From: a virus
Lineage: Duplodnaviria > Caudoviricetes
Length of the DNA: 64,000 nucleotides
Reading direction: 5' to 3' (one strand)
IMG/VR virus record: IMGVR_UViG_3300012933_000253
Coordinates: 4,187-68,186 of that record
This document shows, in pieces, positions 17,647 through 27,829 of the stretch. Positions within the stretch are counted from its first letter, which is position 1. Each line of letters opens with the position of its first letter. The position numbers and the translations under genes were made by a program. The notes beneath the pieces were generated by a model. The model was not told where the DNA came from. It was given only the letters and a program-made list of their open reading frames with translations, and did not search any database.

Positions 17647-19548
17647 GTGACACTAAAGTATTTTAACGTAAAGAACGGGCTTAGTACCGGCAATGTATAT
17701 CTTCATGCTGGAAATAGCAATGTTGTTGCCCACACCTTTATCGGTAATGTTAGTGTCACAAATAATGCAAACTTAGGTAATGCAGCCACTGCAAACTTCT
17801 TCATAGGAGACGGTAGTTTACTAACAAACTTACCGGGCATGGAGTTCTCGAACTTAGCCAACTTCGCTAATAGTTCTAATCTAGCTAACTTAGCAAACTT
17901 TGCAAATAGTGCAAACATATCTGAACTATCAAACATTGCAAACATCGTTTCGGCATCGTCTCAGCCGAACATCACTAGCGTTGGTAATCTTGTTACATTA
18001 ACAGTCGATGGTGCAGTTAATTTAGGTGCTGTTGCAAACGTACACATCACTGGCGGCTCAAACGGGTACATCTTACAGACTGACGGCACCGGCAATCTTA
18101 GTTGGGTAGTTAATTCGGGAAGTGCGTCATTGCAACTCCCCGACGTTAGTGTTGATAACTTTACCGCTGACGGCAGCAACAATAGTTTTGAATTATCAAC
18201 AACACCTGACAACAAAGATTATCTAATCATCAACATTGATGGAGTATTACAGTTAAGTGATTCATATACATTAACTGGCAACGCAGTTGCATTTGGTAGC
18301 ACTCCGTTAGAAGACAGCTTAATTGAAATTAAGACATTGGTTCCTGGCGCAGGTGGCGGCTCGGGAGCAAGTGCAAATACTATCTTTAACGGTGACAGTA
18401 ATGTAAAAGTTTATGCAAGTAGCAATGTTGCTATAAGCAGTAACGGCACTGCTAATATGGTAGTAGTCTCATCATCTGATATAACAATCGCAGGTAATCT
18501 ACTACCTAACGCCAACGTTACGTATGACATTGGTTCTCCTTCTAATTCATTTAGAGATTTGTATCTGTCTGGTAGCACTATCTACTTCGGTGGTGCGACA
18601 ATTAAAGCAGATGCAATAACGGGTGCGATTGCATTGATTCCGCAACCTACTGCTAACACACCAAACCCCACTGGTATTGTTATTAGCTCTGCTGGTTCGA
18701 TATCAACTATCGTTACTAATGCAGGTAACATCTCTAATGCAGATTTCTCAAACGTAGTAGCGAACACACCAAGTTATGCAAGCATAACCTATGTTGATGA
18801 CTCAGTTGCTAATATAGTCAACTCAGCGCCAGCGGCACTAAACACATTAAATGAACTTGCAAATGCTTTAGGCAATGATGCAAGTTTCTCTACCACAGTA
18901 ACGAACACATTAGCTAACAAGCTAAACTCAAATGCATTCACTTATGCTAATATCAGTGGTGCGCCTACATTAGGTAATATTTCTACTATCAACATTAATG
19001 GTAATGCAAGTACTATTCTTTATGGTAACGGTGCATTTGCTACAGCTCCGGTAACATATGCAAATAGCAATGTCGCAACATACTTACCAACGTATACAGG
19101 AAATCTAAGCCCGGGCAATATAACAATCGCACCCGGCAACTTAAAGATATCCGGTGGCACCGCAAACTATGTATTAAAGACTGATGGCACTGGTAACTTA
19201 TCTTGGACAGCACAATCAGGCGGAAGTAGTACACAGTCCTTTGTCAAGGAATATGTGTTTCGCGGCGGTCTAACTGAAAACACAGGTACTCTACGACATT
19301 ACATACATACCACTTCTACGTTGACTGGAATCTATGCATACGTAGTTTCTGCTGGCCTATCTCAATCGACAGTTGTTGTTAAGAAGAATGGCACCGCTAT
19401 AAATACAATAACTATTCCGGCAAACTCAACTAACGTTAATCAGTCTGGTCTTTCGATTAGTTTAGCAACCGCGGATTATTTAACAGTTGACATTACTCAG
19501 AGTAGTAGTGCATCAGATTTATACATTAATTTTGTATATCAAGGATAA
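17647..19548 (+). CDS. Tail fibre carrier protein, class D module 1 (GTG start)
   Basis: YFNVKNGL N-terminus; FTADG domain; APAALNTLNELANALGND fibre repeat; C-terminal ~100 aa cap homologous to the end of the 24638 gene. Confidence 0.8.
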   Translation: MTLKYFNVKNGLSTGNVYLHAGNSNVVAHTFIGNVSVTNNANLGNAATANFFIGDGSLLTNLPGMEFSNLANFANSSNLANLANFANSANISELSNIANIVSASSQPNITSVGNLVTLTVDGAVNLGAVANVHITGGSNGYILQTDGTGNLSWVVNSGSASLQLPDVSVDNFTADGSNNSFELSTTPDNKDYLIINIDGVLQLSDSYTLTGNAVAFGSTPLEDSLIEIKTLVPGAGGGSGASANTIFNGDSNVKVYASSNVAISSNGTANMVVVSSSDITIAGNLLPNANVTYDIGSPSNSFRDLYLSGSTIYFGGATIKADAITGAIALIPQPTANTPNPTGIVISSAGSISTIVTNAGNISNADFSNVVANTPSYASITYVDDSVANIVNSAPAALNTLNELANALGNDASFSTTVTNTLANKLNSNAFTYANISGAPTLGNISTININGNASTILYGNGAFATAPVTYANSNVATYLPTYTGNLSPGNITIAPGNLKISGGTANYVLKTDGTGNLSWTAQSGGSSTQSFVKEYVFRGGLTENTGTLRHYIHTTSTLTGIYAYVVSAGLSQSTVVVKKNGTAINTITIPANSTNVNQSGLSISLATADYLTVDITQSSSASDLYINFVYQG

Positions 19549-19551
19549 CAT

Positions 19552-19833
19552 ATGAAATACGAAGAAATTCAAAACATTTTTCAAACACCTTTTCTTGCTC
19601 CCTGGGAGCATGATTACTATGGGGCATATTTTGCCGAAGCAAAAACTCCGCAAGAGTTTTTAGACTATGCGTATGTTGAGATTAGCAATCTACGTGGAAT
19701 ATGGTATGAGGTAGCAGGCAACATGGTATATTTCGTAGTTCCAAAAGATACTATTATACCTGAGGACTTCTGTGATTCTTTACAAGTAGTTACCGATGTC
19801 CCCGAACAACCTACTGAAGAAGGACCACAGTAA
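19552..19833 (+). CDS. Small acidic protein, possible fibre chaperone (class D module 1)
   Basis: 93 aa with an acidic Pro/Glu tail; TAATG-coupled to the next gene; positional equivalent of 27527. Confidence 0.65.
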   Translation: MKYEEIQNIFQTPFLAPWEHDYYGAYFAEAKTPQEFLDYAYVEISNLRGIWYEVAGNMVYFVVPKDTIIPEDFCDSLQVVTDVPEQPTEEGPQ

Positions 19834-21086
19834 TGTACATAAAATTAAACTTTACCGCAGGTAAACCACTAAACTATATATTCCGTATAGTTAACGAAAT
19901 TATCAACACCACCGGTATCACTAGTGTAGCAACCTTGCAAAGTACTGCAACTAGTGGCTCATGGAATTCAAACTTATTATCAACATTAGATGCAACTAAC
20001 AGTGAAATTATCCGCACAGGAACTGGTACAACTGCACTCACAACTGCAAACACGAAGTCACATTATAGTAAAAATGGAACAAGTACAACATATGACGATG
20101 AGCACGAGTGGACAGTCGAATTTTCAAACTATGATGACACTACTAAGAAGTATTATGTCCAACATAAAAACGTTGGCGGCGCAAGTAGCAACACAACTAC
20201 ACCGTACCTCGGCACTAGTATCACCTCTGGCGCAATGGCAACTGGTCAAATGTCACCAACTATTGCTCCGTTAGCAAGTTCTAGTGTAGGAACAGCTATT
20301 GTTTTAGGTGGCACGACCCAGGCAGGATCTCAATATGTTGCTAGTGGAACTAGCGGGTTCACTACGGTCACATCATTTACTATGTACATCACTGACACCG
20401 CAATGGTCTGGTCTGCAACTTGTACAAACGTATATAATTTAGGTTTTGGTAACACGTACAGTAACTCAGTCGGATACATCGGTCCATTCATATACAGTCA
20501 ATATAATAGGTTTGATTATCACAACACAAATGCTAATGGAATATTTCCCTTGGCATATACTAACATGAATAGAGGCGTTGGGGTTGGCTTTGGATCAACT
20601 ACCGCGGATTGGATTACTCCAGAAAATAATCAAGCAACCGCCGTAACAACACAGGCTTTTAAGGTATTAAACTTAGTAAATGCTTACCCTACCGTAGGCG
20701 TGAGTTTTCCTGTAGTTACCTTCCCACCGGTAAACTGGGGTATCGGTAGTAGATACAGTGATTATGCAGGATTAACTGTAGCCGGTGCCGGTTCAGCTTC
20801 CGTAGCTGGAACTGCTGCATATGGTCCTGTTTTATTCACTACGGTCAGTACTCGTTACCCAAGTGCAGATTTGAAGACGCAGACGTTCGGAATGTTGCCG
20901 GTGTCATGGAGAAACTTATATTATTATAATGCCGGCGGCGACATGAGTGCAAAGGGCGGCTGGTATTTGTTTAACGGTGACTATTTTCCTGGTGACGAAT
21001 ACTCATACGGTGGTAAGACATATAAAATCTTACCAACATGGTCGGGTTATAGTAATAGAATCGGTATTGCGATACCAAAGGAATAA
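19833..21086 (+). CDS. Putative receptor-binding/tip protein, paralog A
   Basis: T/S/G-rich 417 aa; N-terminus MYIKLNFTA and C-terminus LFNGDYFPGD.Y.YGGK.Y.I.P..SGYS.RIG.AIPKE shared with 21089. Confidence 0.65.
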   Translation: MYIKLNFTAGKPLNYIFRIVNEIINTTGITSVATLQSTATSGSWNSNLLSTLDATNSEIIRTGTGTTALTTANTKSHYSKNGTSTTYDDEHEWTVEFSNYDDTTKKYYVQHKNVGGASSNTTTPYLGTSITSGAMATGQMSPTIAPLASSSVGTAIVLGGTTQAGSQYVASGTSGFTTVTSFTMYITDTAMVWSATCTNVYNLGFGNTYSNSVGYIGPFIYSQYNRFDYHNTNANGIFPLAYTNMNRGVGVGFGSTTADWITPENNQATAVTTQAFKVLNLVNAYPTVGVSFPVVTFPPVNWGIGSRYSDYAGLTVAGAGSASVAGTAAYGPVLFTTVSTRYPSADLKTQTFGMLPVSWRNLYYYNAGGDMSAKGGWYLFNGDYFPGDEYSYGGKTYKILPTWSGYSNRIGIAIPKE

Positions 21087-21088
21087 TA

Positions 21089-22330
21089 ATGTTTATAAAA
21101 TTAAGTTTCACAGCTAACACACGAATTACTGTTCCGTTGAGAATATTAACGGACATCATTAACACTAACTCTATCACAAGTGTAAGCGCACTACAAAGTA
21201 GATTTACTACCGGAAGCTATAGCACTACGTTAACTAGTAACTTTGATGCAGCAAATAGCACAATTATCAGAACATCAGACCCATCTAACACTAAAGCACA
21301 TTACTCATCAAATGGCTCACGTATGGATTACGGTGACTTTGAATTTACGATGGAACAACCAACGTATGATGCATCAAGTAGTAAAATCTATACGCAACTA
21401 AGTTCAAATGCAATTAATAGTTCATTGACTGCTTACTTTACTGTGGGAACTGCAATTACCGGCGGAGCAATAACTGCAACCAGCATGTCACTTTCGCAAT
21501 CAGAAACAGCATCTGCAACACCCTCACCGGCACCAACAGTGTTAACTATCGGTGGTAATCAATTAGCATATAGTAATGCAATAGCGACTGGAAGTAACGG
21601 TCAAGACAACATTAGAACTTTTTGGGCTTATATAACTGATAAGTGTTTCTTCTTTTCATTCACTAACGGTACTAGTTACAACAGTGGCTTTGGAACCACT
21701 TATGCCAACCCTGCTACTTTTGGTGGACCGTTCTTCCAGACGCAATATACTAGATATGATTACCATAATAATGACGGTAACGGGATTTGCCCAGTACTAT
21801 ACACCTCACCTAGAGGAACTGGCATCGGTTACGGTACATCTAACGATTTGACATCAGTTCAAAACATAATGTTCACTAGTAACTCAACTACATTGCCCTT
21901 AAGAGTTCATAGCATGGTGAGTGCTCTACCTCAAGTAGGTACTGCTTGGCCTAAACTATACAATAACCCAGTGAATATGACAATAGCGGGACGAACATCT
22001 GCTAATTTTGGGTTGAATCAAATACAAGTAATAGGTGCAGTAGGTGGCGGAACAAACGTAACACACGCAGGTGCAATATCAACCGCAGCATCTACCCGAT
22101 ATACTAATGCTACTTTAACTGCAACTGGCTTTGGCTTATTACCGTTTGGTTGGGAAGCTAGTAGCTATGGTAATCATGGTGGTAATGCGACGGATCAGAA
22201 CGGTGTTTATATCTTCAACGGTGACTATGTACCAGGAGACACCTTCACTTACAATAATAAAGTATATATGATTTGGCCTATGTATAACGGATATAGCCAA
22301 CGTGTTGGCTTTGCAGTTCCAATGGAGTAA
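21089..22330 (+). CDS. Putative receptor-binding/tip protein, paralog B
   Basis: MFIKLSFTA...IFNGDYVPGD.F.YNNK.Y.I.P..NGYSQRVG.AVPME; clear paralog of 19833 with a divergent centre. Confidence 0.65.
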   Translation: MFIKLSFTANTRITVPLRILTDIINTNSITSVSALQSRFTTGSYSTTLTSNFDAANSTIIRTSDPSNTKAHYSSNGSRMDYGDFEFTMEQPTYDASSSKIYTQLSSNAINSSLTAYFTVGTAITGGAITATSMSLSQSETASATPSPAPTVLTIGGNQLAYSNAIATGSNGQDNIRTFWAYITDKCFFFSFTNGTSYNSGFGTTYANPATFGGPFFQTQYTRYDYHNNDGNGICPVLYTSPRGTGIGYGTSNDLTSVQNIMFTSNSTTLPLRVHSMVSALPQVGTAWPKLYNNPVNMTIAGRTSANFGLNQIQVIGAVGGGTNVTHAGAISTAASTRYTNATLTATGFGLLPFGWEASSYGNHGGNATDQNGVYIFNGDYVPGDTFTYNNKVYMIWPMYNGYSQRVGFAVPME

Positions 22331-22334
22331 TTAG

Positions 22335-24605
22335 ATGCCAAACGCATTAGGTCCTTATGGTTTTCCCGATAGCTACAACGATATAGTAGTAGCTTCCTCT
22401 TCGGTTAAATATGTAAGCGCAGCAGGTAGTAATAGTAATGACGGCAATACAGTAACTACTCCGTACTTGACTATTGCGCAGGCATTGAGTGCTACGTCAG
22501 CAATTTCGACTTCAGTAACAATTGTTATTTTAGGGGGTACTTATACAGTAACACCGGGTGTGGCAACCGCAACAGCAGATGCTATTGCCGGGCTATCTGA
22601 TAACAACCTTCCTAGAAAATTCGTGTGCTGCCCTGGACAGACAACAATTCAATGGACAGATTCAGGTGGGCAGCGTGACTCGACTATGGTCGACTTTAGA
22701 AATGCAGGTAGTGCATTGTATGGGGCAATATTATTGAGAAACAACAACGGAAGAACAACAACTTACACCGTTGCATTTTTTAATAGTTCGACTGCAGGGA
22801 CACAACGAGGATCATTCTATAACTGCGTATTCAGAGAAACAAACGCAAACAACGCATGGTCATTTCAATACGACAACTCGGGCACACAAAGCCCTAAAAT
22901 CTACAATACTACCTTTTATGTAGGTGCAGCCCCATCAGCAGATTGGTCTAATAGTGCATCTTTAGTGATGAGTGATTCTGTGTTCAACGTGGCGAACTTC
23001 ACATCACCTGGCACGAGAACAAACGTAGGATATAGTGCAACCATAAATGCAACTACATATGTTGCGACCGGCATTACTACACAAGGTGTATATTCAGGTA
23101 CATATTCTTGGACTGCAACTAACTCAAATTCAGGTGCTAGTGGATTCGTAGCATCATATACAGGTTCACCCACAGTGACTAATTCTGGTGGATACGATAT
23201 TTACAAATTCACAAACAGTGGTATTATTACTTTTAATGCTTCTACTGCTATTAAAATTTTAGTAGTTGCTGGTGGCGGTGGTGGACTTGGTGGGTATCCG
23301 GCAAGCGCAGTCCCTGGCGGCGGAGCAGGCGGAGGAGGTGTAGTCGCTCATAATTCACTCACCGTAACCGCTCAAGCATACACAGTAACAGTGGGAGCCG
23401 GCGGAGCATATGCATCAACATCTACCACTCCCGTCGTAGGTAACCCGGGTGGCGACAGTATTTTTGGTTCTAACGTAATTGTAGCCAAAGGTGGCGGCGG
23501 CTCTGGTTTTTATGGGGTAGGTGGAAATGGCGGTTCAGGTGGCGGTGGCGGATATAATAGTGCTGCCGGTGGAACTGCGACACAGAATACTTCAGGAGTT
23601 AACGGCGGCGGCACAGGTTACGGATATGCAGGCGGAACTGGAACAGGCATCAGTACTGGTTCTGCTGGCGGCGGCGGCGCAGGCGCTGTTGGTGCAAATG
23701 CTACAAGTGTAAACGGTGCAGCAGGTGGTATTGGTTTTTCTTCCAGCATTACGGGGACCGCAACGTATTACGCCGGTGGCGGCGGCGGTGCAGGCTCATA
23801 CTCTAGTGGCGGTACAGGTACTGCTGGTGGCTTAGGCGGTGGCGCAACCGGTGGCGCAGCTGGAGTGGCTGCAGGGTCTGCAACAATTAATACAGGCGGT
23901 GGCGGCGCAAGCGCACCTAATAGTGCCGCGGGCAGCTCTGGAGGCTCTGGTGTAGTTATCATTGCTGTTTTAGCATCTCAGCCTCCTGGATTGTATGCTA
24001 GTGCAAGCACTATCACATCCGGGTCTAACGTTTCATTCTCATTATATTCTGCAAACACAGGAAATATCCCATACACTATTACTGGTATTACGTCCGATAT
24101 TATAAGTAATGCATCATTGACTGGTAATTTTGTAATGGCTTCAGGATCCAGCACGGTCACATTCACCGTTAAGTCATTGTTGTCTAGCTCGTATACGATG
24201 AGTATGACAGCAGACGGATCAACCGCTAATGCTAATCTTGTGCCTAATGTATCTATATCTACCAGTGTTATTGGTATAGGATCCGCCGCTAATACCGCGT
24301 ATCTAGCTAAACCAGTTAACGGGCAGATGAACATCATTAATACGCTTGTTACGGTTGCACAGTATGACAAAGGTGGTTCACTACAAAGCGCATATCCTGT
24401 TTCAGGGCAGATGAATATTAATCAAAGCGTAGTGTCAACTACAAATGCAGCGTTGGGCTCACAACCACTATTACCAACGTTTTCTAATATGCAGTCTAAT
24501 GTAAGCGTCCCGTACACTACTATGACTAACAAGATTGCTGGACCGATTGACCAGGGAATAGTGAAGCTATTCGGTGATTCTCCTAACCGAGAACTATGGA
24601 TGTAA
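22335..24605 (+). CDS. Mosaic adhesin: beta-helix-like N-terminus, glycine-rich domain and Ig-like segment
   Basis: YVSAAGSNSNDGNTVTTPYLTIAQA (pectin-lyase-like beta-helix start motif); VVAGGGGG...GGSGVVII glycine-rich domain. Confidence 0.7.
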   Translation: MPNALGPYGFPDSYNDIVVASSSVKYVSAAGSNSNDGNTVTTPYLTIAQALSATSAISTSVTIVILGGTYTVTPGVATATADAIAGLSDNNLPRKFVCCPGQTTIQWTDSGGQRDSTMVDFRNAGSALYGAILLRNNNGRTTTYTVAFFNSSTAGTQRGSFYNCVFRETNANNAWSFQYDNSGTQSPKIYNTTFYVGAAPSADWSNSASLVMSDSVFNVANFTSPGTRTNVGYSATINATTYVATGITTQGVYSGTYSWTATNSNSGASGFVASYTGSPTVTNSGGYDIYKFTNSGIITFNASTAIKILVVAGGGGGLGGYPASAVPGGGAGGGGVVAHNSLTVTAQAYTVTVGAGGAYASTSTTPVVGNPGGDSIFGSNVIVAKGGGGSGFYGVGGNGGSGGGGGYNSAAGGTATQNTSGVNGGGTGYGYAGGTGTGISTGSAGGGGAGAVGANATSVNGAAGGIGFSSSITGTATYYAGGGGGAGSYSSGGTGTAGGLGGGATGGAAGVAAGSATINTGGGGASAPNSAAGSSGGSGVVIIAVLASQPPGLYASASTITSGSNVSFSLYSANTGNIPYTITGITSDIISNASLTGNFVMASGSSTVTFTVKSLLSSSYTMSMTADGSTANANLVPNVSISTSVIGIGSAANTAYLAKPVNGQMNIINTLVTVAQYDKGGSLQSAYPVSGQMNINQSVVSTTNAALGSQPLLPTFSNMQSNVSVPYTTMTNKIAGPIDQGIVKLFGDSPNRELWM

Positions 24606-24613
24606 CCTTAGAC

Positions 24614-24619
24614 TAAATA
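24614..24619 (+). promoter_or_regulatory. Late promoter motif (TAAATA) heading class D module 2
   Basis: acTAAATA; SD TAAGGG; ATG 24638. Confidence 0.55.
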
Positions 24620-24637
24620 TACTATAAGGGTTAAGAA

Positions 24638-27511
24638 ATGGCAGCAATAACAACAATCAAACCTAGAGGGATAGATACTACAGGAGACTATGTAGTTAAT
24701 AGTCTTTCCAGTACGGGTAATGTTAGTGCCGGAAACATCAAATCTGACCATCTTCTTTACGCAAACGGCACACCTTACGTATTCACTACAAACGCTGCCG
24801 GTACTAATACACAGATTCAGTTTAACGACGGTAATAGTTTTGCAGGAGATGCAAACTTAACCTTCGATAAGACTACGGGAACATTGACTGTAGCACTAAT
24901 TTCAGGTAATGGTAGTTCACTTACTAACGTAAATGCTGTTACTTTAAACGGTCACTCTGACACATACTTTGCTTCAACTTCATATGTTGATGACGCAATT
25001 GGAAACTTAGTTGACGGTGCACCCGCATTACTAGACACGTTAAATGAACTTGCGAATGCGTTAGGTAATGATGCAAGTTTCACAACTTCAATAACTAACA
25101 GCCTTGCTAATAAAGCAAACTCTGCTGACTTATCTACAGTAGCAACTTCAGGCGACTATACTGATTTAATAAACACACCTTCGTTATTTGACGGAGAGTA
25201 TGCCTCACTTGCTAACAAGCCATCTTTGTTCAGCGGCGAATACGTTGACTTAGCTAACAAGCCATCATTGTTTAGTGGCAGTTACTTAGACCTAACAAAC
25301 ACACCAACACTGTTCGACGGTGAGTATAGTTCATTAGCTAATACACCTACACTATTCAGTGGTAGTTACTTAGATTTAACTAACACGCCTACATTGTTTG
25401 ATGGTGAATATTCATCTCTTGCAAATACACCGACGTTAGGTACTGCGGCATCAACTAACGCAAATGCATATGCTACTGCGGCTCAAGGTACTTTAGCTGA
25501 TTCTGCTACTCAGCCCGGCGATAATGTCTCTAGTTTACTAAATGATGCCGGCTACTTAGTTGCTGGTAACTTAACTGGGTATGCAACAGAAACATTTGTG
25601 GGTACTGAAATTGCAAACTTAGTTGCATCAGCCCCTGCAGCTCTTGACACGTTGAATGAATTAGCGAACGCATTAGGTAATGACGCTAGTTTCTCAACTT
25701 CAATTACTAACAGCCTTGCTAATAAGTTAAGCACAAGTGACTTTACTAGTTCAGCAAATACTGCAATCGACAATCGAGTAACAAAGAGTTTTGTTGATGC
25801 GCTTGCGGTAACCGCTAATATTGCAAACATTGCGTATTCAGTAGCCGGAGCAAACGTATCTGGACAAGTATCAAATGCATTGATTGCTGGCACTGTATAT
25901 ACAAATGCACAGCCCAATATCACAAGTCTAGGTGTACTAACCTCACTAGAAGTCAGTGGACATATCACGCCTACTGCTAACATTGTATATGACTTAGGTA
26001 ATAATACAAACAGATTCAGAGACTTGTATCTAAGTGGTGATACATTAGAACTTGGTGGCGGCACTATTACTATTTCTGGTAATAGTATGGTCTTGACTAA
26101 CCCAGCAGGCGGTTCTTTCGTAGTTGACGGATCAAATGCCGCGTATGCAAGTATCGCTTCATATGTAACTGAAGGCATTCAAGCAAACATTACACAGCTA
26201 GGTACCTTGAGTAACTTAGATGTTACTGGAAATGTCGCCGCTGGAAACATTCTAACAGATAATATTCTGTACGCAAACGGTTCTCCGTATGCTTTCTCAT
26301 CTGACTTAGCTAACTTAACTGACGTAGATGTTGCTGGCGTAGCTGATGGTGAAATTTTAAGCTATGATTCTGCATCAAGTAAATGGGTTAATGTAGCTGC
26401 CCCTACTGGTTCAGGTGGATCCGGTGGTGAATCTACTGTAACGTCAGTTGATACGTTTACTGGCGACGGAGTCGAAACGGTATTTACGTTAAGCGTCACC
26501 CCAGCTAACATCAATCAGACATTTATTAACTATAACGGTGCATTGCAATTACGAAACGCTTATACATTAAGCGGAGCTAACATTACTTTCAGTGAAGCAC
26601 CTGCAAATGGTTCAGAGATTGAAGTAACAACTACGATGGGTGTTACATCGGGCTCAGGTAATTTAACAGTACGTAATTATGTAGCTGACGGCGTGCAATT
26701 GACATACGCAGTGTCAAGCGGGGTGAATGCAACTAACATTCTAGTAACAGAAAACGGATTAGTACAAACACCTACTACCGATTACACTGTGGCTGGCGGC
26801 ACATTGACATTTATTACTGCACCTGGTTATGGTGTAAAGATTCAAATTAGAGAACTAGGAACTGCTGTCTCAACAATTACCCCTGCAGGATCAAACACAC
26901 GAGTATTGTTTAACGATGCAGGAGATTTTGGTCATAGTGCTGGGTTTACTTATAACAAGTCAACATCAACACTATCTGCTAATAATATCATTTCAGGCAA
27001 CATCTTACCTAGCGCAAACATAACATATGATTTGGGTAGCCCAACTATGTCATGGAAAGATTTGTACCTGAGCGGAAACACAATTCACTTAGGTGGCGCA
27101 CAGATTAGCGTTGATGGTACGTCTGGGGCAGTTAGCTTAACACCGGCAGCTACTGTTTCTAACCCAACACCAGCTCCGCAGGTTATATCTAGTCCTAGAT
27201 ATATTACAATGGTCAAGACAGGTAATATCACTACCCCTGACACTGGAACAAGTAGATACTATCCACCTAAGGACTTGACTATTAGTAATGTATTGGCTAG
27301 CTTGAGCACAGCGTCAACTAGTAATCTACAGTTCACTATCAATAAAAACGGTTCAAACACCGGGGCATACACTATCTCAGCAAATGCATACCAATTGACT
27401 AAGACAGTTGCAAATATTAGCTTGACTACAAGTGACTACTTGACTGTAAATATCTTATCGGGTGAAGGTGCTGCTGAACTACGATTAGATTTAGAGTACA
27501 CGGACGCATAA
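24638..27511 (+). CDS. Long tail fibre carrier protein, class D module 2
   Basis: Two LDTLNELANALGND repeats; six 14-aa tandem repeats; two FTGDG-type domains; C-terminal cap homologous to 17647. Confidence 0.82.
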   Translation: MAAITTIKPRGIDTTGDYVVNSLSSTGNVSAGNIKSDHLLYANGTPYVFTTNAAGTNTQIQFNDGNSFAGDANLTFDKTTGTLTVALISGNGSSLTNVNAVTLNGHSDTYFASTSYVDDAIGNLVDGAPALLDTLNELANALGNDASFTTSITNSLANKANSADLSTVATSGDYTDLINTPSLFDGEYASLANKPSLFSGEYVDLANKPSLFSGSYLDLTNTPTLFDGEYSSLANTPTLFSGSYLDLTNTPTLFDGEYSSLANTPTLGTAASTNANAYATAAQGTLADSATQPGDNVSSLLNDAGYLVAGNLTGYATETFVGTEIANLVASAPAALDTLNELANALGNDASFSTSITNSLANKLSTSDFTSSANTAIDNRVTKSFVDALAVTANIANIAYSVAGANVSGQVSNALIAGTVYTNAQPNITSLGVLTSLEVSGHITPTANIVYDLGNNTNRFRDLYLSGDTLELGGGTITISGNSMVLTNPAGGSFVVDGSNAAYASIASYVTEGIQANITQLGTLSNLDVTGNVAAGNILTDNILYANGSPYAFSSDLANLTDVDVAGVADGEILSYDSASSKWVNVAAPTGSGGSGGESTVTSVDTFTGDGVETVFTLSVTPANINQTFINYNGALQLRNAYTLSGANITFSEAPANGSEIEVTTTMGVTSGSGNLTVRNYVADGVQLTYAVSSGVNATNILVTENGLVQTPTTDYTVAGGTLTFITAPGYGVKIQIRELGTAVSTITPAGSNTRVLFNDAGDFGHSAGFTYNKSTSTLSANNIISGNILPSANITYDLGSPTMSWKDLYLSGNTIHLGGAQISVDGTSGAVSLTPAATVSNPTPAPQVISSPRYITMVKTGNITTPDTGTSRYYPPKDLTISNVLASLSTASTSNLQFTINKNGSNTGAYTISANAYQLTKTVANISLTTSDYLTVNILSGEGAAELRLDLEYTDA
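25175..25440 (+). repeat. Tandem 42-bp (14-aa) coding repeat, 6 full units plus a partial unit
   Basis: Units TPSLFDGEYASLAN / KPSLFSGEYVDLAN / KPSLFSGSYLDLTN / TPTLFDGEYSSLAN / TPTLFSGSYLDLTN / TPTLFDGEYSSLAN / TPTLG. Confidence 0.92.
25480..25810 (+). repeat. Dispersed repeat copy 1 (partner at ~35160-35490)
   Basis: About 110 aa near-identical at protein level; an exact 35-nt match 25667-25701 = 35348-35382. Confidence 0.85.
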
Positions 27512-27513
27512 GA

Positions 27514-27519
27514 TAAATA
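27514..27519 (+). promoter_or_regulatory. Late promoter motif (TAAATA), leaderless class
   Basis: gaTAAATA then 7 nt then ATG 27527; no SD. Confidence 0.55.
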
Positions 27520-27526
27520 TAAGACT

Positions 27527-27829
27527 ATGAATAAAGCACACTTTCAAACAATGTTTGGAGCAACTACAGGAAATGTCTACCAGTTTGTTGGTGAGATACC
27601 TGAGTCTCAAGATCCGGTTGCATTGATTACCGAAAAATTTATTCAGGCTATTGGTACAGATTTGGTCAGTATAGTAGTAGTAAACACTAAAAACATCTTT
27701 ATAGTATACACTGATTGTACAGACATAGTTGAAGACATGGATTTTGTATTGATTACTGACCTTACACCAGATCCAATTATAGAACAACCGGTTATTGTAG
27801 CAGAAGACATTCCGGCGGAGGGTGAATAA
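27527..27829 (+). CDS. Small acidic protein, possible fibre chaperone (class D module 2)
   Basis: 100 aa with an acidic Pro/Glu tail; TAATG-coupled to the next gene; positional equivalent of 19552. Confidence 0.65.
   Translation: MNKAHFQTMFGATTGNVYQFVGEIPESQDPVALITEKFIQAIGTDLVSIVVVNTKNIFIVYTDCTDIVEDMDFVLITDLTPDPIIEQPVIVAEDIPAEGE

Noticed and set aside
19398-19405. Perfect TATAAATA inside the 17647 gene
   Set aside because: It is intragenic, 147 nt from the next start, and explicable by Ile-Asn-Thr codons in AT-rich DNA; not listed as a promoter without transcript data.
25175-25440. CRISPR-like repeat array
   Set aside because: The repeats are contiguous, in-frame and degenerate coding units without unique spacers.
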